Source of the DNA: Candidatus Limnocylindria bacterium | GTDB taxonomy: Bacteria; Chloroflexota; Limnocylindria; Limnocylindrales; CSP1-4 | Length of the DNA stretch: 64,000 bases | Assembly (NCBI GenBank): GCA_035637675.1 | Contig: DASPWU010000072.1 | Span: forward strand, 20,074 to 84,073 | Reading direction: 5' to 3' | In this document: piece after piece, positions 48,859 to 58,207 of the stretch | How the letters are laid out: each line of letters opens with the position of its first letter | How positions within the stretch are numbered: the stretch's first letter is position 1 | The notes under the pieces: model-generated | The model's input: only the letters and a program-made list of their open reading frames with translations | The model's database searches: none | What the model was told of the DNA's origin: nothing | Position numbers and translations under genes: made by a program

Positions 48859-49977
48859 GTGTCCCAGCGCCACGAGCCCGGCCAGGCCGAGGAATCCCAC
48901 GGCCGCGACTTCGCCGCCGTCAACGGCTGGGACCGCCCGTTCGAGACCTACCAGGACGTCGACCTGCCCACGTACGTCGGACCCGTCTCGTTCGCGAAGC
49001 TGCCGTGGATCACCGACCCGGCCGAGATCCGGGCCCGCGCCGTGGACGTCGCGATCGTCGGCGCGCCGTTCGACGATGCGGTGACCCATCGTTCCGGGGC
49101 GAGGTTCGGGCCGCGGGCGATCCGCCAGGCCCAGTACACCTCGGGCTCGATGCACTCGCTCCAGCTCGGCATCGAGCCGTTCGACGTTCTGACGGCGGTC
49201 GACGCGGGGGACGCCAACATCGTGCCGGCCTGGATCGAGCGCGGCCATGCCCTGATCTACCGCAAGGTGCGTGAGATCGCGGAGACCGGCGCGATCCCGA
49301 TCGTCCTGGGCGGCGACCACTCGATCACGTGGCCTTCGGCGACCGCCGTGGCAGCGGTCCGCAGCCCGGCCAGCATCGGCATCGTCCATTTCGACGCCCA
49401 TGCCGACACGGCCCCCGATGACTGGGGCGTGCTGGCCGGGCACGGCACGCCGATGCGCCGGCTCATCGAGTCGGGCGCGGTCAAGGGCTCCAACTTCGTC
49501 CAGGTCGGGCTGCATGGGTACTGGCCGTCGATGGAGGTCTTCCGCTGGATGCAGGCCCAGGGAATGCGCTACCACTTCCTCCACGAGATGGAGGAGCGGG
49601 GGGCGGAGGCCGTCGTCGCGACCGCGATCGCGGAGGCGCTCGACGGCCCCGACGCGGTCTACCTGTCGCTCGACATCGACGTCATCGATCCCGGCCTGGC
49701 ACCCGGCACCGGGACGCCCGAGCCCGGCGGCATGCTGACGCGAGAACTGCTCCGGGCGATTCGGCAGATCGTCGCGGCCGTGGACCTCGCCGGCATGGAC
49801 GTCGTCGAGGTGTCGCCGCCCTACGACCACGCCGAGCAGACCGCGATGGCCGCCAACCGTGCGGTCATGGAGGCGATCAGCGCGCTGGCCGTCAAGAAGG
49901 CGGCCGGCCGAGCCGTCCGGTTCCAAGGGGGATCACTCGGCGGATCACTCGGCGGATCCCTCGGCCCATCCGGCTGA
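48859..49977 (+). CDS. Agmatinase/ureohydrolase family protein
   Basis: Arginase-fold metal motifs GGDHSIT, DAHADT, SLDIDVIDP. GTG preceded by GGAGGA. C-terminal GGSLGGSLGGSLG repeat tail. Confidence 0.85.
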   Translation: MSQRHEPGQAEESHGRDFAAVNGWDRPFETYQDVDLPTYVGPVSFAKLPWITDPAEIRARAVDVAIVGAPFDDAVTHRSGARFGPRAIRQAQYTSGSMHSLQLGIEPFDVLTAVDAGDANIVPAWIERGHALIYRKVREIAETGAIPIVLGGDHSITWPSATAVAAVRSPASIGIVHFDAHADTAPDDWGVLAGHGTPMRRLIESGAVKGSNFVQVGLHGYWPSMEVFRWMQAQGMRYHFLHEMEERGAEAVVATAIAEALDGPDAVYLSLDIDVIDPGLAPGTGTPEPGGMLTRELLRAIRQIVAAVDLAGMDVVEVSPPYDHAEQTAMAANRAVMEAISALAVKKAAGRAVRFQGGSLGGSLGGSLGPSG

Positions 49978-49985
49978 CCGGTCAG

Positions 49986-50831
49986 ATGGACGACGCGACG
50001 CACGGCTCCATGCCGCGAAGCGCGACCGGGACCGGCATCTGGCCCGCGCCCTCGCCGGCGGAGTCCGCCGCCCTCGCCCGGCTCTACGACCTCGACCTCG
50101 CCGACGACCCAGGCGACCTCGATCTGTACGCTGCCCTCGCCAAGCGGGCGAGCGGGCCGATCCTCGAGCTGGCGGTCGGGACGGGTCGCCTGGCGGTGCC
50201 GCTGGCCCGAGCCGGCCACTCGGTCACCGGGGTCGACCGCGATCCGGCGATGCTCGAGCGCGCCGGGCGCCGCGCCTCGGCCGCCGGACAGGAGACGGTG
50301 GCCCGACTCCGCCTCGAATTGAGTGATGCGCTCGACGTCCGGTTGCACGATGCCGGCGACTACCGGCTGGCGTTCATCGGCCTCAACTCACTCTTGCTGT
50401 TCGGCGATCGGGACGCCCAGGCCGCGGCCGTCGCGACGCTCGCCGCGCACCTCGCCCCGGGCGGCATCGCCGCCGTCGACGTGTGGTTGCCCGACGCCGA
50501 CGACCTGGGTCGCTTAGACGGCCGGATCGTGCTGGAGTATCCGCGCCTGGATCCAGAGACGGACCACCTCGTCACGAAGGCCGCGAGCGCCGTCCATGAC
50601 GCGGCCACCGGAACGGTCCGTCTGCTGGCCATCTACGAGGAAGGCCGCCAGGGTCAGCCGTCCGTACGGTGGCTCCGCCAGGAGCTCCTGCGTCTCGTGT
50701 CGGCCGACGATCTTCGAGATTTCGCCCGGGTCGCGGGCCTCACCGTGGAGCTCATTGCGGGCGGCTACGATCTGGAACCGCTGGGTCCCGGCGCCGAGCG
50801 GGCGGTGCTCATCGCGGTCAAGCCCGGCTGA
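49986..50831 (+). CDS. Class I SAM-dependent methyltransferase
   Basis: Motif I ILELAVGTGRLAVPLA and acidic post-I residue VTGVDRD. Confidence 0.7.
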   Translation: MDDATHGSMPRSATGTGIWPAPSPAESAALARLYDLDLADDPGDLDLYAALAKRASGPILELAVGTGRLAVPLARAGHSVTGVDRDPAMLERAGRRASAAGQETVARLRLELSDALDVRLHDAGDYRLAFIGLNSLLLFGDRDAQAAAVATLAAHLAPGGIAAVDVWLPDADDLGRLDGRIVLEYPRLDPETDHLVTKAASAVHDAATGTVRLLAIYEEGRQGQPSVRWLRQELLRLVSADDLRDFARVAGLTVELIAGGYDLEPLGPGAERAVLIAVKPG

Positions 50832-50922
50832 TCGATGTCGGGCTCGGCCGCCCGTCACGACCCGGTGACCGCCGCCGGCAGGGTGGGCCGCCTCGCCCGG
50901 TGCTCTTGGTACACTCGCCAGG

Positions 50923-52065
50923 ATGGCCGCCAGCAACCAGATCCGTCTCCTTGTGATCGAGGACGTTCCGCAGGTCGCGCAATACATCCGCGGACTGCTG
51001 AACTCGCAGTCGCAGATCAAGCTGCTCGACGTCCTGTCCGACGGATCCAAGGTGCCCGGCCAGGCCCAGCAGCTGCGACCGGACGTCATCATCGTCGACG
51101 CGCTCCTCCAGGGCCGGACCAAGGGCCTCACCCTGGTCCAGCAACTGAACGAGCAGAAGATCCCGGCGCCGGTGATCGTGCTCACGGTTCCCCAGAACCC
51201 GGTCGAGATGAATCCGGAGCGGGGCATCCACGGCGTCCTGTCGATGCCGTTCTCCGGATACGACCTCATCAACCGGATCCAGAACGTCCATATCGCCTAC
51301 CAGGCCAGCGAAGAAGGGGGCATGTCGCGGCTGATCAGCGTGTTCGCGCCCAAGGGCGGCGTCGGCAAGACGACCATCGCGTTCAACCTGGCGGTGGCGG
51401 TCGCCCAGCAGGGGCGCCGGACCGTGCTCATCGACGGCAGCCTCCAGTTCGGCGACATGCGGGCCCTGCTGAAGGTGCCCGTCGACGCGCCGTCGATCCT
51501 GGACCTGCCCACGGACCGGATCCAGGAGTCGGACCTCCAGGACGTCCTGTGGCGGGACCCGTCGGGTGTCGACATCCTCCTCGCCCCGCCGCGCGTCGAG
51601 ATGGCCGAGATGGTCACCGTCCGCGACGTCGACAAGATCCTGTCGATCCTCCGCCACGTCTACGAGGTGATCGTTCTCGACACGGCATCCGCGCTGTCCG
51701 ACATCAATCTCGCCTTCCTCGACGCCTCGGACACGATCCTCGAGATCGTCACCTACGACTCCACGACGATCCACAACACGATTGCCGTGGCCGACGCCTT
51801 CCGCTCCATCGGCTACCCGGCCTCGAAGGTGCGCTACCTGATCAACCGATCGGACTCGCCCGGCGGCATCTCCCCGGACGACCTCGCCCGGGCCCTTGGC
51901 CGCGTCCCCGAGCACTCGGTCGTCTCGGACGGGCTCCTCGTCGTCCAGGCCAACAACGAGGGCATCCCCTTCGTCCTGGCCAGCCCGGAATCGGCGATCA
52001 GCCGCGACGTGACCCGGCTCGCCAGCGACCTGCTCGGGGCCCGGGCGCTGGCGGCGGCCCGCTGA
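50923..52065 (+). CDS. Receiver-like domain fused to ParA/MinD-type ATPase (CpaE/TadZ-like)
   Basis: N-terminal REC fold (LLVIEDV...DVIIVDA...IVLT) lacking the conserved Lys (SMPF). C-terminal deviant Walker A KGGVGKTT. The upstream TACACT -10-like element suggests a near-leaderless mRNA. Confidence 0.75.
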   Translation: MAASNQIRLLVIEDVPQVAQYIRGLLNSQSQIKLLDVLSDGSKVPGQAQQLRPDVIIVDALLQGRTKGLTLVQQLNEQKIPAPVIVLTVPQNPVEMNPERGIHGVLSMPFSGYDLINRIQNVHIAYQASEEGGMSRLISVFAPKGGVGKTTIAFNLAVAVAQQGRRTVLIDGSLQFGDMRALLKVPVDAPSILDLPTDRIQESDLQDVLWRDPSGVDILLAPPRVEMAEMVTVRDVDKILSILRHVYEVIVLDTASALSDINLAFLDASDTILEIVTYDSTTIHNTIAVADAFRSIGYPASKVRYLINRSDSPGGISPDDLARALGRVPEHSVVSDGLLVVQANNEGIPFVLASPESAISRDVTRLASDLLGARALAAAR

Positions 52066-52070
52066 CCGAG

Positions 52071-52961
52071 GTGTCCGACCCACGACCGATCGGCGTCTTC
52101 GACTCGGGGGTTGGCGGCCTGACGGTCCTCCGCGAGATCCTCCGGCGATCTCCCGGCGAATCGACGATCTACGTGGGAGACAACGCGAGGGCGCCGTACG
52201 GCACGCGCACCGATGCCGAGGTCCTCGCGTTCAGCCGCGAATGCCTGGACGACCTGGCCGCCCGTGACGTGAAGGCGATCGTGGTCGCCTGCAACACCGT
52301 CTCGGCGGTGGCGCTGACCGACCACCGGCGGCGCTACGACGTGCCGATCCTGGGGGTCATCACCCCGGGTGCCTCGGCCGCCGCCCTGGCGACGCGCACG
52401 CGCCGGGTGGGCGTCATCGCCACCCCGGCGACCGTTCGATCACATGCCTACTTCGAGGCGATCAAGAACGAGAACCCGGCCGTCGAGGTCTACGAGCACG
52501 CCACGCCGGCGCTCGTCCCGCTGGTGGAGGCCGGCGTCGTGAGCGGTCCTCGAGCCGAGGCCGTCGTGGCCGACTCTCTCGCGCCGCTGCTGGGCACGCG
52601 CGATTCCGACGGTGAGTTCGTGTTCCCGATGCCGCCCTCGGCCAGGATCGACACGCTCCTCCTGGGGTGCACTCACTACCCGCTCCTGCGACCGATCCTA
52701 GCGGAAGCCGTCGGCGACGGCGTGGCGATCGTCGACAGCGCGACCGCGACGGCCTCGGCACTTGCCGAGCTGCTGTCGATCAACGGCCTCGACGCGCCGG
52801 ACATGGCCCCGGACGGCGGCAAGTCGCCGGCGGCGACGCCGCCGGCCAGCCACCGGCAGTTCACGACGGGCGACGTGGTCGCCTTCCGGCGGCTGGCGAA
52901 CCGGCTCTTCGGGGATGCCGTTTCGGAAGTCGAGCCGCTCAGTCTGGCGGTGGCCGGATGA
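52071..52961 (+). CDS. murI: Glutamate racemase
   Basis: IGVFDSGVGGLTV, VVACNTVS, LLGCTHYP (the two catalytic Cys motifs). Confidence 0.85.
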   Translation: MSDPRPIGVFDSGVGGLTVLREILRRSPGESTIYVGDNARAPYGTRTDAEVLAFSRECLDDLAARDVKAIVVACNTVSAVALTDHRRRYDVPILGVITPGASAAALATRTRRVGVIATPATVRSHAYFEAIKNENPAVEVYEHATPALVPLVEAGVVSGPRAEAVVADSLAPLLGTRDSDGEFVFPMPPSARIDTLLLGCTHYPLLRPILAEAVGDGVAIVDSATATASALAELLSINGLDAPDMAPDGGKSPAATPPASHRQFTTGDVVAFRRLANRLFGDAVSEVEPLSLAVAG

Positions 52962-54175
52962 GCGGCTCCGATCGCTCGCGCGGACGTGGCCGCTGGCAGG
53001 ACCCCCTGTGGCAGGGCGGCTTCCTGGTGGGAGCGGCCATCGGCGCGGCGGCAACCGTGCTCGGCCGGCGCGCGGAGCGAGTGGCCCGCCAGGGGCTCGT
53101 CGACTGGCCCGCGGCCGAGGCGTTCGCCATCGCTCGATTGGGCCGCGCCCCCGGCAACCTCAGCCCGGCCGAGCTGGCTGCAAGCGAGCCCGCATACGCC
53201 GCCGCCATGTCCCGGATCACACCCCGCCTCGCGCAGGTGCTGGAGGCGCAGCTGCCGGGTGTCGTGGATCGGGCCGCCGTCGTGGACCGCGCCGGCTGGG
53301 TCCGCGCGAACATCGCGACGTTCGCCCAGCTCATCGGTCACCTGGAGGGCCAGCTGCTCGACCAGGTGATCCCGCCCGGCGGCGGCCTGGCCAAGGCATC
53401 GATGGCGATCGCCAATCGCTACCTGACGACCCGGCAGCTGGGATTCCTGCTGGGCTTCATGGGCCAGCGAGTGCTGGGCCAGTACGACCTGGCCCTGCTG
53501 TCCGCGGAGGCAACCCCCGGCCGCCTGCTGTTCGTCGAGGAGAACATCCGCCAGACGGCTCACGCGCTGGACGTGCCTCTGGACGCCTTCCGGACGTGGA
53601 TCGCGCTGCACGAGACGACCCATGCCTTCGAGTTCGAGGCGCATCCCTGGCTCCGGCCGTACCTCGCCGAGCGGTTGGAGCGCCAGCTCGAGGCCTTCTC
53701 TCGGGACCTGACCGTCGTCTCGCGTGACACGGTCCGCCAGCTTGGCCGCGTGCTGCGCGGCAGTGGCGAGGGCGACCATTGGCTGGAGCGGCTCATGACC
53801 GACGAGCAGCGCCGCCTGTTCCGCGAGACGCAAGCCGTCATGAGCCTGCTGGAGGGCTTCAGCGACTATGTCATGGATGAGGTCGGGCGGGAGCTCGTCC
53901 CCGACGTGGACAGGATCCGCGGCCGGTTCCAGGAACGACGCGAGCGCCGGTCCGGGTTCGAGCGGGCGGTGATGCGCCTGATCGGCATGGACCTCAAGCT
54001 CGAGCAATACCGGAAAGGGGAGATCTTCGTCCGGGCGATCGCGAAGCGGGGCGGCCCGGCCGCGCTTCGTCAGCTGTGGACGGGCCCCGAGAGCCTGCCG
54101 ACGCCGGCCGAGATCGAGGCACCGGAACGCTGGCTTCAACGCGTGTACGCGGCGGGGTCCCGGAGCCAGGCATGA
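52958..54175 (+). CDS. Zincin-like metallopeptidase, DUF2342 family
   Basis: HETTHAFEFEAHPW (HExxH plus downstream Glu). N-terminal TM. ATGA overlap with the murI stop. Confidence 0.65.
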   Translation: MSGSDRSRGRGRWQDPLWQGGFLVGAAIGAAATVLGRRAERVARQGLVDWPAAEAFAIARLGRAPGNLSPAELAASEPAYAAAMSRITPRLAQVLEAQLPGVVDRAAVVDRAGWVRANIATFAQLIGHLEGQLLDQVIPPGGGLAKASMAIANRYLTTRQLGFLLGFMGQRVLGQYDLALLSAEATPGRLLFVEENIRQTAHALDVPLDAFRTWIALHETTHAFEFEAHPWLRPYLAERLERQLEAFSRDLTVVSRDTVRQLGRVLRGSGEGDHWLERLMTDEQRRLFRETQAVMSLLEGFSDYVMDEVGRELVPDVDRIRGRFQERRERRSGFERAVMRLIGMDLKLEQYRKGEIFVRAIAKRGGPAALRQLWTGPESLPTPAEIEAPERWLQRVYAAGSRSQA

Positions 54176-55257
54176 CCGAATCGCGCCGCGCCGCGGGCTC
54201 CGGTCGCGGGCCGGGGGGTGCGCCGGCGGCGATCGCGCTCACGCCGATCCTCTCGGCTCGCTACCGGACTGGCGACCTGGAGCGGATCCGGGCGGCGGCG
54301 CCGGGAGCGCGGCTCGTCAACGTCAGCGTGGAGGGCCTGGCCGATGGGCCAGTCGACGACGTCGAGGTGCTGCTGCGGGGGTGGCTGTCGGCGGACGCGT
54401 TCGATCGACTTCTCGCGCGCACCCCGCGGCTCGTCTGGGTCCACAGCGCCTCGGCCGGCGTGGAACGCGTCCTGACCCGGGCGGGCGGCGAGCGAGGGCT
54501 CGTGATCACCAACGCACGGGGCGTCTTCAGCCGCCCGATCGCCGAGTACGTGATGATGATGATCCTCGCGGTCAGCCGGCGACTGCCGCAGCTGCTGGAG
54601 CTCCAGCATGAGCGAACCTGGCAGCCGCTCGAAGGCGCCGAGCTGCGGGACGTCACTGTCGGGATCGTCGGCCTCGGCTCGATCGGCCGAGCGGTGGGCG
54701 CGCTGGCGACTGCCTTCGGCTGCCGGGTCATCGCCACCCGCCGGCGATCCGATGTGGCCGTCGAGCAGCCTGGCAGCAGCGAGGAGCCTCCCGGCGATGG
54801 CGATGGAGACGAGCGGCCACTCGGTGCGATCATGCTCGATCGCGTGCTCGGCCCCGACGGGCTGCCCGACCTCCTGGCCGAGTCCGACTTCGTCGTCCTC
54901 GCGGCGCCGCTCACGCCGCAGACCGAGGGCATGATCAACGACGAGACCCTTGCCCTCACCAAGCCAGGCGCCTGGCTCATCAATGTCGCCCGCGGTCGCC
55001 TCGTCGACGAGCGCGCGCTCCTTCGATCCCTGCGCGATGGTCGGATCGGAGGCGCCGTGCTCGACACGTTCGCGGAAGAGCCGCTGCCGCCGGACTCCCC
55101 GTTCTACGACCTGCCGAACGTCATCGTCACCCCGCACACGTCATGGTCCAGCGGGCGCGTCCTGGACCGGAGCGTCGGCCTCTTCTGCGACAATCTCAGG
55201 CGATTTGCTGCGGGCGAGCCGCTCGTCAACGTCGTCGACCCAGCCGTCGGCTACTAG
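54172..55257 (+). CDS. D-isomer-specific 2-hydroxyacid dehydrogenase (NAD-binding)
   Basis: GxGxxG (GLGSIGRAVG), catalytic region INVARGRLVDE...VTPHTSW. ATGA overlap with the zincin stop. Confidence 0.8.
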   Translation: MTESRRAAGSGRGPGGAPAAIALTPILSARYRTGDLERIRAAAPGARLVNVSVEGLADGPVDDVEVLLRGWLSADAFDRLLARTPRLVWVHSASAGVERVLTRAGGERGLVITNARGVFSRPIAEYVMMMILAVSRRLPQLLELQHERTWQPLEGAELRDVTVGIVGLGSIGRAVGALATAFGCRVIATRRRSDVAVEQPGSSEEPPGDGDGDERPLGAIMLDRVLGPDGLPDLLAESDFVVLAAPLTPQTEGMINDETLALTKPGAWLINVARGRLVDERALLRSLRDGRIGGAVLDTFAEEPLPPDSPFYDLPNVIVTPHTSWSSGRVLDRSVGLFCDNLRRFAAGEPLVNVVDPAVGY

Positions 55258-55280
55258 CCGTGTACTCCATCGGAGGAGCC

Positions 55281-55547
55281 ATGGAGGACTACCGCGTGAC
55301 GCTCGTCCAGATGGCCCGCGAAATCGCGATGCTGCCCTTCGGGCCGTCGCTGTCGGGCGGCGACGAGCTGCGCTTCCTGCGCCGGTTCCGAACCATCTAT
55401 CAGCATCTGGCCATCACGGTCGAGACCTCCGGCGGCGGCGCGACGCCGAATCCGATGATGGGCATGGACCCGTTCATGCGCAGCCCGGACCAGGTCCGGG
55501 ACCTGATCGACCGCTCAGACGCAAACCTGTCCGAGCTCGAGCGCTGA
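55281..55547 (+). CDS. Small hypothetical protein (88 aa)
   Basis: ATG preceded by GGAGGAG. No recognisable domain. Confidence 0.4.
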   Translation: MEDYRVTLVQMAREIAMLPFGPSLSGGDELRFLRRFRTIYQHLAITVETSGGGATPNPMMGMDPFMRSPDQVRDLIDRSDANLSELER

Positions 55548-55574
55548 TCGCCCGCGCCTCGCTAGGCTGGCGCC

Positions 55575-56678
55575 ATGCAGATCGCGATCGTGGGTCTTGC
55601 CGCAAGCGGCAAGACGACCGTCTTCAACACCCTCACTCGCGGCCACGCCCAGACCGGTGGCTTCGGCGGGATGCAGCTCAACGTTGGCGCGGTCAAGGTT
55701 CCGGACGAGCGCCTGGACCGGCTGGCCGAGATCTTTAAGCCCAGGAAGGTCATCCATGCCGACGTGACGTACGCGGACCTGCCCGCCCCGCCCGCCTCGA
55801 GTGAAGGGCGGATCGGCACGGAGGAGCTGCCGGCCGAGCACCTCGCGCGGCTGCGCGACTCCGACGCCCTCCTGCACGTCGTCCGCGCGTTCGACGACCC
55901 GAGCGTGCCCCACCCGGAGGGCTCCGTCGATCCGTGGCGGGATCTGGAGCGGTTGGACCTGGAGTTCATCCTGGCCGACCTGGCCATCGCCGACCGCCGG
56001 CTGGAACGGCTGGGGACGTCGGGCCGTCACGGCACCTCCGCCGAGCGCGAGGCAAACGAGCGCGAGGAGGCGATCCTGCGCCGGCTCAGGCAGGCGCTGG
56101 AAGGTGGCCGCCCGATCCGCGACGTCGAGCTCGACGTCGACGAAGAGAAGACCATCCGCGGCTTTCGCTTCCTCACCCAGAAGCCCGTCCTGGTCCTCCT
56201 GAACCTCGGCGAAGCGGACCTGCCCCACGCGGCCGAGCGCGTCGCGGCGATCGCCGACCGGTACGACCATCGCCATACGATCGTCGACGCGCTGTCCGCC
56301 CGGATCGAGATGGAGCTCGGCGAGCTCGAACCGGACGAGGCGGCCGCGTTCATGGACGAGCTGGGCATCACCGCCTCGAGCCTGGACCGGGTCATCGCGC
56401 TGTCCTACCGCCTGCTCGGCCTGGTGAGCTTCCTGACGGCCGGTCCGGACGAGGTCCGGGCATGGCCGATTCCATCGGAGTCCACGGCGGTGGATGCCGC
56501 GGCGGCCATCCACACCGACCTGGCCAAGGGCTTCATCCGCGCAGAGGTCGTGACCTACGAGGACCTGGTCGCGCTCGGCTCCACGGCCGAGGCGCGGAAG
56601 CACGGCCGGCTGCGATCCGAGGGAAAGACCTACAGGGTGAAGGATGGCGACGTGCTGGAGGTGCTCTTCAGCCGCTGA
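55575..56678 (+). CDS. YchF/Obg-family GTPase homologue with C-terminal TGS domain and variant G1 motif
   Basis: DERLDRLAEIFKP matches the YchF DPRLDxLAEIVKP region. G1 is GLAASGKT instead of GLPNVGKS. C-terminal TGS-like beta-grasp domain. Confidence 0.7.
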   Translation: MQIAIVGLAASGKTTVFNTLTRGHAQTGGFGGMQLNVGAVKVPDERLDRLAEIFKPRKVIHADVTYADLPAPPASSEGRIGTEELPAEHLARLRDSDALLHVVRAFDDPSVPHPEGSVDPWRDLERLDLEFILADLAIADRRLERLGTSGRHGTSAEREANEREEAILRRLRQALEGGRPIRDVELDVDEEKTIRGFRFLTQKPVLVLLNLGEADLPHAAERVAAIADRYDHRHTIVDALSARIEMELGELEPDEAAAFMDELGITASSLDRVIALSYRLLGLVSFLTAGPDEVRAWPIPSESTAVDAAAAIHTDLAKGFIRAEVVTYEDLVALGSTAEARKHGRLRSEGKTYRVKDGDVLEVLFSR

Positions 56679-56689
56679 TCGGCGATGCG

Positions 56690-56740
56690 ACCGGGGTCGA
56701 TGCGGCCGGGGTCGATGCGGCCGGGGTCAGTTCGGCCGGC
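56690..56740. repeat. 15-bp direct tandem repeat (3 units) in convergent intergenic region
   Basis: ccggggtcgatgcgg ccggggtcgatgcgg ccggggtcagttcgg, between the YchF stop and the acidic-protein stop. Confidence 0.4.
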
Positions 56741-57119
56741 GGGAAGCGTCGCCCCGGAAGTCGGCCAGGATCGACTTGTAATCCGCGTCGAGCTCATCGT
56801 CGGCGCCTTCGGTCCCTTGCGACTCATCACCGTCCAGGTCGGTCAGGAACGTCTCATCGGGGTCGCGCGAGACGTTGACGGCCGCGGTCAGCCGATCGTC
56901 GGAGATGAAGATGAACTCGTAATCGCGTTCCAGCTCGTCGGCGATCGCCTCGATGAGGGTATCGTGCTCGTGCGAGTCGAGCACCCGCTCCCGGACGTTC
57001 TTCACCGTCTCGAAGAACTCCTCCGGCTCCATCTCTTCCTCGCGGGCCAGCAACAGATCGGCGAAGATGTCGCCATCGCCTTCATGAAGTTCGTAAAAAT
57101 ACACGTTCGCTCCCGGCAT
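56727..57119 (-). CDS. Highly acidic hypothetical protein (130 aa)
   Basis: About 35% Asp/Glu. The 5' codons are unusually AT-rich for this genome (GTA TTT TAC GAA CTT CAT GAA). Confidence 0.5.
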   Translation of the reverse strand: MPGANVYFYELHEGDGDIFADLLLAREEEMEPEEFFETVKNVRERVLDSHEHDTLIEAIADELERDYEFIFISDDRLTAAVNVSRDPDETFLTDLDGDESQGTEGADDELDADYKSILADFRGDASRRPN

Positions 57120-57169
57120 CCTGGCTCGATCCGACCGCGCCAGTCGGAACCTCTTGAGTATACGGCCGC

Positions 57170-58201
57170 ATGACCGACGGCTCCCGCGGCGGGCCTGTGG
57201 ACCGGGCTTCCCCCGGCGCGCCGGCCGGGCCGCCGGCTGGGTCGCCGGCCGATGCGTCAGCCGACGTCCGGACTGACGACCCTGCGGACGGCCGGTTTGC
57301 CCCCCAGGTGGTGGTCGTGGGGGCTGCCGCTCGCGACATCGCGACCGACGATCCGCGCGGCTGGCGGCTCGGTGGGGGAGTCGCGTACTCGGCCCTGACC
57401 ACCGCCCGGCTCGGCTTGCAGACCGCAGCACTGGTCGGCGTGGATCGGGACGCCGCCACCGCGCTCGAGCTCGACCTGCTGCGCCACGCCGGCGTGGTCG
57501 TCCATCTCGTCCCGCTCGAACGAGGACCCGTCTTCGACAACGTGGAGACGCCCGAGGGCCGGATCCAGGTGGGCCACGAGAGCGCGGATCCGATTCCCGT
57601 CGAGGCGCTGCCCGACGGGTGGCGTACCGCGCCGGCATGGATCCTGGCGACGGTGGCCGACGAGCTGCCGCCCGCCTGGTCTGAGGTTCCCGACGAGAGC
57701 GCGCTCGTCGCGGCCGGCTGGCAGGGCATGCTGCGAGAGGTCGTGGCCGGGCAGCGAGTCCGACGCCGACCTCCGGGCACATCGCCGATCGTCGCCCGGG
57801 CGGACCTGGTGGGCGTCAGCCGGGACGACCTGGGGCCCGACGCGCCAGTCAGCGACCTGTTCCGGTTCCTGCACCCGGGGGCCACTCTCGTGCTCACCCA
57901 GGGCGACCACGGCGGTCTGGTCATGACCGCCGGCCGCGACGGAGCGAGCGCGATGTACCACTATCCGGCGATCCGCTCGCCCGCGATCGTGGACCCCACG
58001 GGCGCCGGCGACGTCTTCCTGGCGGCCCTGTTGGCGGCCAGGGCCGAGCCGCGGCTGGTCGGCGGACGCCTCGACCAGCGCTTCGACGTGCTGCTGGCCG
58101 CGGCGGTGGCCTCGCTCGTCCTGGAGGGGCGAGGCCTGCTGGGCGTGCCGGAGCGTTCGGCCGTTCGCCGGCGAATGACCGCGGGGCGTCAGACCGCCTG
58201 A
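57170..58201 (+). CDS. PfkB family carbohydrate kinase
   Basis: N-terminal VVVVGAAARD. C-terminal DPTGAGDVF (PfkB signature 2). Confidence 0.75.
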   Translation: MTDGSRGGPVDRASPGAPAGPPAGSPADASADVRTDDPADGRFAPQVVVVGAAARDIATDDPRGWRLGGGVAYSALTTARLGLQTAALVGVDRDAATALELDLLRHAGVVVHLVPLERGPVFDNVETPEGRIQVGHESADPIPVEALPDGWRTAPAWILATVADELPPAWSEVPDESALVAAGWQGMLREVVAGQRVRRRPPGTSPIVARADLVGVSRDDLGPDAPVSDLFRFLHPGATLVLTQGDHGGLVMTAGRDGASAMYHYPAIRSPAIVDPTGAGDVFLAALLAARAEPRLVGGRLDQRFDVLLAAAVASLVLEGRGLLGVPERSAVRRRMTAGRQTA

Positions 58202-58207
58202 CCGCGG

